Made by a program: the position numbers and the translations under genes
Notes under the pieces: generated by a model
What the model saw: only the letters and a program-made list of their open reading frames with translations
Database searches by the model: none
What the model was told of the DNA's origin: nothing
Assembly: GCA_002269645.1 (NCBI GenBank)
Contig: NIVC01001617.1
Coordinates: 3,737 to 67,736, forward strand
Source: Macrostomum lignano
Taxonomy: Eukaryota
Length of the DNA: 64,000 nucleotides
Reading direction: 5' to 3'
Part shown: positions 1 to 11,874 of the stretch, piece after piece
How the letters are laid out: each line of letters begins with the position of its first letter
Position numbering within the stretch: the stretch's first letter is position 1

Positions 1-64
1 TTGCATCTCTCATTAAAACCGGACTCAGGCCGGGATCACAGCAATGTCAGCAGCGCATCCTCAC

Positions 65-3000
65 CTGGGCCGGCCGGGTCCGCAGTGAGCTGGTACAGGG
101 CCAGGAGGCCCAGCCGGGACCCCTTGCTGAACAGCACGGGGCCCTGCGGTGGCGGAGTTTCAAAATTTAATTGAAAAACGTCTGCCCGAGTTCTTAGAGG
201 GCATTTTTGACAGTTCACAATATCTGACAAGAACGTGGTTGAGAAATTCAATTCCGTGAAATTTGGCGTCTTTTGAAGAACAGTGAGAGCGACAGTGACA
301 GGGTTCAGCTGCGCGCTTGGGACTCCAAGGCAGGAGAGAGATAGTTGTGGCGCCATCCTAGGAGAGAGATAGTTGTGGCGCCATCCTAGGAGAGAGATAG
401 TTGTGGCGCCATCCTAGGAGAGAGATAGTTGTGGCGCCATCCTAGGAGAGAGATAGTTGTGGCGCCATCCCAAGAGAGAGATAGTTGTGGCGCCATCCTA
501 GGAGAGAGATAGTTGTGGCGCCATCCTAGGAGAGAGATAGTTGTGGCGCCATCCTAGGAGAGAGATAGTTGTGGCGCCATCCTAGGAGAGAGATAGTTGT
601 GGCGCCATCCTAGGAGAGAGATAGTTGTGGCGCCATCCTAGGAGAGAGATAGTTGTGGCGCCATCGCGACTAGAAGAGAGATAGTTGTGGCGCCATCGCG
701 ACTAGAATAGAGATAGTTGTGGCGCCATGGCGCCTAGAAAAGAGGCAGCCGTGGCGCCATCGCGACTAGAATAGAGATAGTTGTGGCGCCACGTCGCCCA
801 GGTGACAGACAGTAGTGGGGCTGGCCTGATAGGTGTTGAGGATGACATTAGAATTTTCAACAAGAAGGCGCAGCAACTCACTGTAACGCCACTAACGTTG
901 GTCTTCTCCAGCGCGTATTTAAAATTGAGATTTCTAAGAAACGGTCCCGGCGCCGCAGACTGAGCGGCGGCCAGGAGATTCGACGCGGCCTTCGCCACTG
1001 CAAGAACGCTGTCGAATGCGTAGGCGCTGAAAGGGTTCTGATCAGCCGCTGCCGCGGTCAGCTGGGGCAGCTGCAGCGGGGGGTTTGCAGTTGTGGGTTC
1101 GGGAATTGGGACTCGCATCCGCTTTCGCCTCTCGGAAGGCTTTGCAGTTCATGCCATTCAACCTTATCACACTTCTCTCCCCCACTTCTCTCCCCCACTT
1201 CTCTCCCTACCCACTTCTCTCCCCACCCCACTTCTCTCCCCACCCCACTTCTCTCCCCACCACACTTCTTTCCCCCACTTCTCTCCAACCCACTTCTCTC
1301 CAACCCACTTCTCTCCCCACCCCACTTCTCTCCCCACCCCACTTCTCTCCCCCACTTCTCTCCAACCCACTTCTCTCCCCACCCACTTCTCTCCCTACCC
1401 CACTTCTCTCCCCACCCCACTTCTCTCCCCACCCTACTTCTCTCCCTACCCCACTTCTCTCCCCACCCCACTTCTCTCCCCACCCCTCTCTCACCAGCCG
1501 GCTGTGCTCGGAGAGGCGCACAAAGTCAATGTAGAGGCTGGAGTTGGCGGCAGTCAGCAGCTCCCGTCTGCTGCAGTTGCAGCGGCCGTCGGTGCAGCTG
1601 AAGTTGCCGCCGTCGCTACCGTCGACCCACAGGCCGGCGGAGACCCGGAAACCGGAAACGATCCAAACATGTCGGGAGCCGAACATGCCGGTGTTGAACG
1701 CCTGTGGGGGGATTCGGTGCGGCTAGAAGAAGAATCTGGGACAGGAAAGCCTGGAAGCCGCAGAATGGGAAGGGGCCAAAACTCACGGCGCAGAACAGCG
1801 GAGCCAGCAGCCGGCCGCCAGTCATGGCCGACAGAACTCGAAAGTCGCTGGCCTGAAAGGTGAGTTTAATATCGAGTTGTGAATGCTCGTCTGAAATGAA
1901 TGTCGCTTTAAGCCAAGGCAGGAAACCACTCGAAACCTTGAGCTCGGCGAGCTGGGCCAGTGCCGAGTCGAAGGAGTTGAAGCTCCTGGAGCTGACGTCG
2001 GTCATGTCGGCCCCCGCCGCCTCCAGCTGGTCGTCCATGTGGGCGCTGGCCTGCGGACAGATGACGCGTTGGCTATGGCTGGAGTGCAAATGCAACCCAT
2101 TTCATCTATAACTAGAATGGATTGCTAGTCTAGCCAACTTGGGTAGTTGATACACTCGAATTTCGAATTTTTTTATTTCCCGAGGGAAGAATGCGCGACC
2201 TTAAAAAAGTTCGAGTACTTCGAACAGCTTATCGTGTTCAGCAGACTGGCTGAGCCGGGTCGCCAGCTTAGCGACCCCATAAGCCTAATCCTGTTCGAGC
2301 AAGCCGGCTCACCGCAGTCAGTCCGTCCCCTCTGCCCCGGCCCGGCTGAAGGGCCAATTCAAACACACCGGCCCGAGAGAGGCAGGTGAGTGGAATTAGG
2401 TTGTAAAGCACTTTTGCCCCAGCCGAGTCCTCACGCTAAAGACCGCCCGGCCTCGCTACAAAACTGAAGGAAAAAAGTTTGCATTTTAAAAGACGGAGCT
2501 TGAATCGGGCGGCTCATTTGACAGCGGGCTGGCGGCGAGGCTGGTTGGATGATGAAGCTGGCGGACAGCCGGACATTAATGAGCTCATAATGCGGGACTG
2601 CGAGTCAGCGGCCCCGGCTCTAATAAATGAGCCTCTTCTGCTTCTGTTTGTTGCAGAAGTGGATACCGGCCGGCACACACAGCGGCGCGGAACCGTGATT
2701 GATGCAGTTCCCCCTGCGCAGCCTCCCAGATGCGGCTGCCCTCACGTCTCGCCCCTGCTTGCGGCTGCTCATCCCCATTTCTGAGCTTTGCCGAATTCTG
2801 CCAGGCTCATCATATTCATTAATTATTGCTCTTTCCTCCGAGTCACGCCTTATTGAGTTAATTAAATTCTGGCCTCTCGCTTCCACCTGATGTGGGAGGG
2901 TCTGTTCACCTGTGTCAGCCCGAATGCACCTGACTGCTGGATCGGCACCGGCCCGGGACCTTGGGAATTCGCTTTTTGTTGCAAATCTGCTGCTGCAATT

Positions 3001-6000
3001 TGGGAGAAAGATAATGAAATTTTGGCCCAGTCTAACCAGTCCACCCTGTCTACCCATCTACTCAGTCTACCCTGTCTACCCTGCCTACCTATCTACTCAG
3101 TCTACCCTGTCTACCCTGCCTACCTATCTACTCAGTCTACCCTGTCTACCCTGCCTACCTATCTACTCAGTCTACCCTGTCTACCCTGCCTTCCTATCTA
3201 CTCAGTCTACCCTGTCTACCCTGCCTACCTATCTACTCAGTCTACCCTTTCTACCCTGCCTTCCTATCTACTCAGTCTACCCTGTCTACCCTGTCTACCC
3301 ATCTACTCAGTCTACCTAGTCTACCCAGTTTACTCAGTCTATCCGGTCTACCCAGTCTACCCAGTCTACCCAGTCTACCCAGACTACCCAGACATTCTAG
3401 CACTAGGCACTAAATGGCTCAATCTTTAGTGCTAAGAATCGGGAAACCTGCCATCTCGCAAATGCAATTCCCTAATTTGGGTTCTCAAATAAATTTTCAC
3501 AATTGCAAAGTGCTTCGCCCTTATACTATCACTCGGGATAAGTCTCTCCATCTTTAATTTTCTCCCAATCACTCCAATTAGACAGAGCGGCGGACCTGAC
3601 GGAGCCTCCGAGGCACCGTGGCCGCGAGCTGCTCGACCTTCAGACTGCTGAGTGGGGGAGAAAGAGACGAGACAGCCGAGAGACGGGCAAGTGGGAGGCC
3701 TGATTGATGAGGCGATGGCCATTAAGGCTGGCCAATCTCGCCTCCCAGAGCCGACTGGCTGCGAGTTTTCTTGTCGCGGCTTTGCCAACAGACGGAGCTG
3801 GGCTGGGCGGAATTCGCTTCTCCTCTCTGCCCAGCTTGGCGACCCGCTCTCCGGGGGACGGGGTAAAACCGGCATCGCGCGTGCGTCACGGGCGGGCGGG
3901 CGGAGTTGTTTGTTTGCGGAGTAGAATCAGAAATTCTATGGGGCGATTGGGAACCTGCTGGTTGCACCTGCCTTCATGCTGCACCTGCTGCACCTATCTA
4001 TCTGTCTGCTGCATCTGCTGCTGCACCTGCTGTCTGTCTGCTGCACCTGCCTGTCTGTCTGCTGCACCTGCCTGTCTGTCTGCTGCACCTGCCTGTCTGT
4101 CTGCTGCACCTGCCTGTCTGTCTGCTGCACCTGCCTGTCTGTCTGCTGCACCTGCCTGTCTGTCTGCTGCACCTGCCTGTCTGTCTGCTGCACCTGCCTG
4201 TCTGTCTGCTGCACCTGCCTGTCTGTCTGCTGCACCTGCCTGTCTGTCTGCTGCACCTGCCTGTCTGTCTGCTGCACCTGCCTGTCTGTCTGCTGCACCT
4301 GCCTGTCTGTCTGCTGCACCTGCCTGTCTGTCTGCTGCACCTGCCTGTCTGTCTGCTGCACCTGCCTGTCTGTCTGCTGCACCTGCCTGTCTGTCTGCTG
4401 CACCTGCCTGTCTGTCTGCTGCACCTGCCTGTCTGTCTGCTGCACCTGCCTGTCTGTCTGCTGCACCTGCTGCATCTGCTTGTCTGTCTGCTGCACCTGC
4501 TGCATCGGCCTGCCTGCTACACCTGCTGCACCTGCCTGTCTGTTTGCTGCACCTGCTGCACCTGCTGCACCTGCTTGTCTGTTTGCTGCACCTGCTGCAC
4601 CTGCTGCACCTGCTGCACCTGCCTGTCTGTTTGCTGCACCTGCTGCACCTGCTGCACCTGCTGCACCTGCCTGTCTGTTTGCTGCACCTGCTTGTCTGTT
4701 TGCTGCACCTGCTGCACCTGCTGCACCTGCTGCACCTGCCTGTCTGTTTGCTGCACCTGCTGCACCTGCTGCACCTGCCTGTCTGTTTGCTGCACCTTGT
4801 CTACCATATCTACCTTGTCTACCATATCTACCTTGTCTACCATATCTACCTTGTCTACCATATCTACCTTGTCTACCATATCTACCTTGTCTACCATATC
4901 TACCTTGTCTACCATATCTACCTTGTCTACCATATCTACCTTGTCTACCATATCTACCTTGTCTACCATATCTACCTTGTCTACCATATCTACCTTGTCT
5001 ACCATATCTACCTTGTCTACCATATCTACCTTGTCTACCATATCTACCTTGTCTACCATATCTACCTTGTCTACCATATCTACCTTGTCTACCATATCTA
5101 CCTTGTCTACCATATCTACCTTGTCTACCATATCTACCTTGTCTACCATATCTACTCTATCAGACAGAGCAAACTAAGTTGTTTAAATTCCTATTTGATC
5201 TTCCTAGCAGAATATAAAACTTCTGCCTACCAACATTTTTACGCTCAGTTGTGTTGAAACAAATCGTAATTTATTTTACTCATAAAATTTCCATTCTGAA
5301 AACAAGTAGGTCTTGGGGAGGAGTTGCCGCTCCGTACTGTGGCTCAAGGCCTCCCTGCCGGTGCAGGGCAGCTCGACCTTCAATTGTTTGCCGGGCGGGC
5401 GCCAATTTCCGACCGCGCAGCTGAAGAGCCGAAGGTGACTCGGGGCGGCCGGGCCGGGGTCAGCAGGGAACAATGCGAGACCCGGGCTGCTCACTCCACC
5501 CCCCCTCCCGGCCCCAGGCGGCTCCCCGACTTCCCCATCTCGTTTTCTGAGCCTCAGAAGCTCAGAAAAGCTTTTCAACTCGGCCAGTCCGACAGATGGA
5601 CAGATCAGGGGTCCAGCGTGTCCACCCTGCCCAAGCATCCCCATCTTTGCGTGCTCAGCTGGCTGATTTGCATAATCCATCGCGGCCCGTGAGATCCCCA
5701 TGCTCAAGAGGAGGCGCCCCCCCCCTCCAGCCGAGGTCACCGGTTCTTAATGGATTCCAATGGCTGGCAATGCCTTAATGAGTTTCAGATGCCAAAAAGG
5801 TCGCGGCAGGGTTCTATCAAGGCGTTCTCTTGTGACAGAGGTCCTGGGCTCGATTCCAGGTACTCGTACTTTAAGCTTGGGGCGGCCTCTGCATGGAGTC
5901 GCAGCTCGAAATCCAGAAAGTCAGGATGTGAACCCGCCCGTTTAAATGCCCTGGGGAGACGGTGGAATGAACGGAACCAGGTTGCCTACACTCAGTGTAC

Positions 6001-9000
6001 ATCAGGCATACCTCTGGCCTACACTCAGTGTACATCAGGCATATCTCTGGCCTACACTCAGTGTACATCAGGCATATCTCTGGCCTACACTCAGTGTACA
6101 TCAGGCATATCTCTGGCCTACACTCAGTGTACATCAGGAGTAGATCAAGCATCCAGCGTACATGAGCGTATGACATACCGGTACATCAGGCACACATAAG
6201 GCAGTCAGAGCAGCAGCTCACCGCGGCCTGACTCGAGCTGGAATCGCCGCTGGCCGCTGACGCATCCTCGTACACAGAGCAGGTCTTGGTCCAGTTGAAG
6301 AGGCGCATCAGCCGCAGACGCGGCAGGTTGAAGTCCGCGTCGCTCGGAGCCACTCGCAGCAGGTTCCGGTAGCGGGTCTCGTCCGCCAGCTCTGGCGAGG
6401 TGTCCGAGTACGACACCTGCGGAGCGTCGGGGGGGGGCGTGACTTTATGCCCAGAAGAGCATCAGAAATCAATCAATGTCAAAACGAGACACAAATAACT
6501 CCCACATTACCATGTGAAATCCCCTTCACCCCTGCCATTCCCAGCTGAACCGCTGATGCTCCACATCACCCACTGCTGCCATTGCATCTATGGATTGGGA
6601 AATTATTCCCGAATTTCGCCGCTTTTCGCCACTCATTTTTGCTTAAATTGAGGGCATTTCAATCACGCCGGTGAAATCCTGGCTCGGCATTTGCCCGGCA
6701 AGAATGCACTGCACCGGCGCTCCGGAATGCTCGGCCTCCCCTTGGCTGGCTGACAGCAGGGGGGGGGGGCAAATTAAAAAACGTGCTCTCTCCGCGGAAT
6801 CCCGCTGGATCATCTCGGGATTTGAATTCGCACTGGCGTCACCCCCCCCCCCTCCGCAGGGGCCGGTCAGTCAGTCACGAAACACCCTCGGCTGCGCTGC
6901 GATTGCAGAATCGGTGCCGGAGGACATTGTGAATGGAATTCTGGCCCCCTCATCCGCTGATTACGTGCCTGACAGGCTGACAAAACAATTGCTGACTGAT
7001 AGATCGCAAACAATCAAGCGCTGAGTTGCCTGAACTGTCTTCTGTCTGCCTGTCCATCCGCAAGTGCGCACCAGCCACTCGCTCTTGCAATTGCTCTGCA
7101 GGCAATCAAGCAAATTCCACTGCAAATGCCACCATGAGTGAATTTGCATTGTCTGAGCTCCCATCGATTGACTTGGGTTGCAGAGATAAAATGTGCAATG
7201 AATTTGAGCAATTTACAGCTGACTGATGGCGCTTAAGAGCCTGCATGTGTCAGCACCGCGTTAATTGAGTTTTCACCATTCTGAGTAGGGAAGTTGTTGG
7301 CTCACCAGGCTGATGTTCCAGAAGAAGGACATCTGCGAAACGGGTCCGGTGAGGCCGGGGCAGCCGGAGCCGAAAATTACGAATGCCGACGGCAGGTGGT
7401 GCAGCAGGTCGAACAAGTATTTGGTGGTGTTGGCGGCGTCGCACTGCGATCGGGTTCGGGGCGTGGAGGTTTGAATACAAAGCATTTATTGACCAAAGCA
7501 CACCTGACCGAACACTCCGGATGTAATGAAATGCCTGTCTTTTGTATTGATCTGTCATGACGCTTGTCTCAGTACAGTTAAGTCTTGAGTCTAAGTTGAC
7601 TCTAGCCCTAGCTTTAGCATAAACCCTAACTTATAGCCCTAACCTTAGCTCCAACCCTAGCCATAACCCCAGCTCCAACCCTAGCCATAACCCCAGCTCC
7701 AACCATAGCCATAACCCCAGCTCCAACCCTAGCCATAACCCCAGCTCCAACCATAGCCTTAACCTTAGCTCCACCTTAGCATTAACCTTAGCTCCACCCC
7801 TAGCTCTAACCTTAGCTCCACCCCTAGCTCTAACCTTAGCTCCAACCATAGCCTTAATCTTAGCTCCAACCATAGCCATAACCCCAGCTCCAACCATAGC
7901 CTTAACCTTAGCTCCACCTTAGCATTAACCTTAGCTCCACCCCTAGCTCTAACCTTAGCTCCAACCGTAGCCTTAATCTTAGCTCCAACCATAGCCCTAA
8001 CCTTAGCTCCAACCATAGCCTTAACCTTAGCTCCAACCCTAGCCTAACCTTAGCTCCAACCCTAGCCCTAACCTTAGCTCCAACCCTAGCCCTAACCTTA
8101 GCTCCAGCCATAGCCTTAACCTTAGCTCCAACCCTAGCCCTAACCATAGCTCCACCCCTAGCCTTAACCTTAGCTCCACCCATAGCCTTAACCTTAGCTC
8201 CAACCCTAGCCTAACCTTAGCTCCAACCCTAGCCATAATCCATCTGCCCGAGTCCCCAAGTCCATCACTAATGCTGCCAATCGATCAGTTGAAAAAGCAG
8301 CAGAATTAAGGCCGGCTCTGCTTCTCCCCTCCAGGTAAAACGTGCCAGCCGCAAGGCCCGGCCACTTGTCAATCTCGTTAGCTCAGCGGGAAAAAACTCC
8401 CCCACCGGGTGCCCTCATGAAATTCCATTACAGAGAGCTGACTGATGCTTGCCGTCATTTTTCACACACTTCTGAGTCCAAAAATGGAAGCCAAGGCTTT
8501 TTCTCCGGCGCGCTCGCTCCACAGCAGGCAGAAGCTGAGATTGCGAAGCGAATCTCTCTGACACACGAGATCAGCATCTCTGATGCAGCATTTTTTGTCA
8601 GCTGCCCTTCTCACTGTCTGCAGTCTCCCAGCTCAGGAAGCTGGCAGCGCCCAGTGGATTGGGCAAAACAATATGAGCTGCACGTGGGTGGCAGCTCAGC
8701 CACTGCCTTGGGAGAAATCCATGCAGGCCAGCACAGCTTGAGAGCTGGGTGACACTTCCGGTTTCAAGCTGAGGCCAGTCATGGGGGGGGGTGGCAGTGT
8801 CGGACCCCTCCGCCTGCCCTAACCCTCAGTGCCGGGAGGGCAGGGAGGGCAGCGGGCCACTGGAATCGAGGCGAGTGCAAATTTATGCGCCCAGGTTCAA
8901 CCGCCCGGTGAGCCGGGATCTCCGGGATCTCCTGGCCCGTGTTTGCTTGCCTCTGGCAGCTAGCGATGAAGTAAAAGGGTTGGAGAGGCGAGGGAGAGAG

Positions 9001-11386
9001 GGAGAAAAGGCGATGAGAAAAGCCAGCACTCGCAGGAGGCCGGAGGGCACCTTGGCGCAACGCCTTCGGCACTGCCTTCCCGCTGCCAGCGGTGAGGCAA
9101 TTCAGCCCATTCAGCTGACCCCCGGGCACACAAGCGCGCTAATGCTGTACGCAGGCCCGCACTCATGCACACGCGCTCACACAGGGTGTACATCGGGCCT
9201 GACTTTCTAATCACCAGGCATGTACACTCTCTGAGCCTTCTGGGCTGGCCCTCATGAGGGTCGGGTTGCTCTGTGAAGAAGTGAGGGGGAGAAGAGAGGG
9301 AGAGAGGAGAGAGGAAGATTTGTTCAAGTGATCCGAGACCAGGGATGGCTTGCTGCGCTCTCGCTTTTCTTTCCAAACCCGCGAGCAGCAGACGGCACTG
9401 CAGCCAAGAAGCACGCATGCACGGCCGGCAGCTCTTAGTTCACCTGCACTCTTGAGCGGCGTCCAATTTGAATGGCATTGGCCGCAGTTGTTGAGCCGAG
9501 GCCCCTGGATAGCCACCCCCCCTCCCCAGCTCGGCACCGCTCAGCTTTCGATAATTCAAAATCAAAGAAAGGAATGAGAATGAGAGGGGAGCGGGGGCTG
9601 AGAAAGAGGCTGGAGCGGGCGCGGAGTGAAATTAATTACCAGCCATAATCTGATTAGGCCCTGATGACTCACTTGGCGCTCTTTCTCCAGCGTCTGAAGA
9701 GACTCAAACTGAAGCTGCGGGAGAGTCTGTTCCCTTCATCCCAGTTCTCTCTCGCCTATGCTTTATCTGCGGAGTCTGCAACTGCGAGCATCTCTGCTCC
9801 AGCCCGCTGCCGCCCGTCCCTCTCTGCCGGATTCCTTCTCGGCGTCCGCAAGCGCTCATCGCAAAGAATATTTCTGGGCAATAAATTCTTTCTTCTTCTA
9901 GAAGAGAAGAGGCTTGGCGATGATTCAGATGGGATGCAGATAAGACGCAGACGGAGGGCCTGCAGACAGGCTGAGATGCTAAGAAGCCTGGCGGGGGAGG
10001 TCACCAGAGCCCGTTGAGCATCTCAGAAGGCATGAAGTTCGCCGAGCGCGGAGGAGTCCCACATTTGGGATAAATACTGTATATGGATGCATAAGTGACA
10101 AATTGCTGAGTTTGTTACGGAATCTAGTTCCAGAAGCATCTAAACTAGTGCAGCCTCACCTCAGTGACCAGGTGCGGGACACCCTCAGCTCTAGTGCAGC
10201 CTCACCTCAGTGACCAGGTGCGGGACACCCTCAGCTCTAGTGCAGCCTCACCTCGGTGACCAGGTGCGGGACACCCTCAGCTCTAGTGCAGCCTCACCTC
10301 AGTGACCAGGTGCGGGACACCCTCAGCTCTAGTGCAGCCTCACCTCGGTGACCAGGTGCGGGACACCCTCAGCTCTAGTGCAGCCTCACCTCGGTGACCA
10401 GGTGCGGGACACCCTCAGCTCTAGTGCAGCCTCACCTCGGTGACCAGGTGCGGGACACCCTCAGCTCTAGTGCAGCCTTACCTCAGTGACCAGGTGCGGG
10501 ACACCCTCAGCTCTAGTGCAGCCTCACCTCGGTGACCAGGTGCGGGACACCCTCAGCTCTAGTGCAGCCTCACCTCAGTGACCAGGTGCGGGACACCCTC
10601 AGCTCTAGTGCAGCCTCACCTCAGTGACCAGGTGCGGGACACCCTCAGCTCTAGTGCAGCCTCACCTCGGTGACCAGGTGCGGGACACCCTCAGCTCTAG
10701 TGCAGCCTCACCTCAGTGACCAGGTGCGGGACACCCTCAGCTCTAGTGCAGCCTCACCTCGGTGACCAGGTGCGGGACACCCTCAGCTCTAGTGCAGCCT
10801 CACCTCGGTGACCAGGTGCGGGACACCCTCAGCTCTAGTGCAGCCTCACCTCGGTGACCAGGTGCGGGACACCCTCAGCTCTAGTGCAGCCTTACCTCAG
10901 TGACCAGGTGCGGGACACCCTCAGCTCTAGTGCAGCCTCACCTCAGTGACCAGGTGCGGGACACCCTCAGCTCTAGTGCAGCCTCACCTCAGTGACCAGG
11001 TGCGGGACACCCTCAGCTCTAGTGCAGCCTCACCTCAGTGACCAGGTGCGGGACACCCTCAGCTCTAGTGCAGCCTCACCTCGGTGACCAGGTGCGGGAC
11101 ACCCTCAGCTCTAGTGCAGCCTCACCTCGGTAACCACGTAGGCCACTCTCAGCTGCAGTTTGGACGGAAGTCTCCGCTCGCTGTGCACCAGCTCCAGTGC
11201 GGATCGCAGCGCCTCCAGGGCTCCGTCCTCCGCGCTGGGCACCAGAGCCGCTATGAGGATGTCGCTGCTGGTTCTGCCGCTGCCGCTGTCGCTGCCATCG
11301 AAGCGCTGAATGAGAGGCGGGGGATTTGCTGCGGCAGAGGCGGCCGTCAGGGTCAGCAGCAGCAGCAGCTGCAACAGCGGCCGCAT
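65..11386 (-). CDS. GABA-B receptor-like class C GPCR, N-terminal Venus-flytrap (ANF-receptor) domain; first 8 coding exons, gene continues past the left edge
   Basis: Exons with GT-AG boundaries joining in frame: 11386-11126 (signal peptide MRPLLQLLLLLTLTAASA...VAYVVTE), 7443-7306 (CDAANTTKYLFDLL...GCPG...WNISL), 6416-6222 (VSYSDTSPELADETRYRNLLRVAPSD), 2050-1937, 1852-1787 (FRVLSAM...PLFCA), 1701-1495 (GMFGSRHVWIVSGF), 1070-882 (SAYAFDSVLAVAKA...NVSGVT), 143-65 (GPVLFSKGSRLGLLALYQL). Motif order matches the GABA-B receptor extracellular domain. The 7TM part is not in the window. Confidence 0.88.
333..790. repeat. 28-bp minisatellite (GGAGAGAGATAGTTGTGGCGCCATCCTA), about 15 copies, intron 7 of the GABA-B-like gene
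   Basis: Tandem copies read directly; they degenerate toward the right end. Confidence 0.95.
1170..1490. repeat. C/T-rich degenerate repeat (CCCCACTTCTCT variants), intron 6
   Basis: Seen directly; begins right after the donor at 1494 on the minus strand. Confidence 0.9.
3044..3392. repeat. Minisatellite built from 8-9-bp CTACC-type subunits (about 35-bp higher unit)
   Basis: CTACCCTGT/CTACCCTGC/CTACCTAT/CTACTCAGT repeated. Confidence 0.9.
3965..5156. repeat. Compound minisatellite: 21-bp (CTGCACCTGCCTGTCTGTCTG), then 9-bp CTGCACCTG mix, then 18-bp (CTACCATATCTACCTTGT)
   Basis: Seen directly; explains the 400-500 aa low-complexity ORFs in the track. Confidence 0.95.
5982..6192. repeat. 33-bp minisatellite (GGCCTACACTCAGTGTACATCAGGCATATCTCT), about 5 copies
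   Basis: Seen directly; each unit has the inverted repeat TACAC-TCA-GTGTA; lies about 30 bp into intron 3. Confidence 0.92.
7600..8240. repeat. Degenerate hexamer-periodic, telomere-like (TTAGGG-related) array
   Basis: Minus strand reads GGTTAG GGCTAG GGTTGG AGCTAA GGTTAA GGCTAT with 6-bp periodicity. Confidence 0.85.
10145..11130. repeat. 46-bp minisatellite, about 21 copies, each containing a copy of the exon-1 splice donor
   Basis: Unit CTAGTGCAGCCTCACCTC(A/G)GTGACCAGGTGCGGGACACCCTCAGCT; the last copy overlaps the exon 1/intron 1 junction at 11126/11125. Confidence 0.95.
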
Positions 11387-11587
11387 GCGGACCTGCACTC
11401 GGTGAGGCCTGTCCACAGCCAGAGCTGCCTGTGCGAATTTTGCCAGTCAAGCTAAGTCTCTGGCATGCTGGGTCAGCCACTCCGGCTTCTTGGCTTCGCT
11501 CTCCCGAGCATTCGGTAGCCGCAGTTGATGTCTCTCTCCGTGCTTGTCTCCTGGCGGCGTTCTCTGTTCTAGCGGTCTTCGGAGCAG

Positions 11588-11620
11588 CTGATTGGCTGAC
11601 CGGCTGCTCTGTCCAATCAG
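11588..11620. promoter_or_regulatory. Pair of oppositely oriented CCAAT boxes about 200 bp upstream of the GABA-B-like ATG
   Basis: CTGATTGGCTG at 11588-11598 and CCAATCAG at 11613-11620 match the NF-Y consensus; function not demonstrated. Confidence 0.4.
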
Positions 11621-11874
11621 GCGGCTGCAGGCCTGTCAAAGTGGAGCTTGACAGACAAGCATTTTGTCTCTTGTTGGCTGGGCCCTGGTTGAAGCAATCT
11701 GAATTCAGAAATTCATTTTTATTTTTATTACAGGGCGACTCCCCTGAGCAGGCCCAGGCACACGTACGCTATCATACGGCCCTAACTTTATATATTGTTA
11801 GGAATGTACACTTCACTGTGCCTTGGGGGCCGGCCGAGATTTCAATTTAGCCTCAAATTAATGTCACTGCACTT

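Noticed and set aside
3704-5257. 400-500 aa ORFs in several frames
   Set aside because: Translations of the compound minisatellite inside a GPCR intron; open in many frames at once.
8240-10140. Nested gene in GABA-B-like intron 1
   Set aside because: Short ORFs have no recognisable motif, no coherent splice chain and no clear codon bias.
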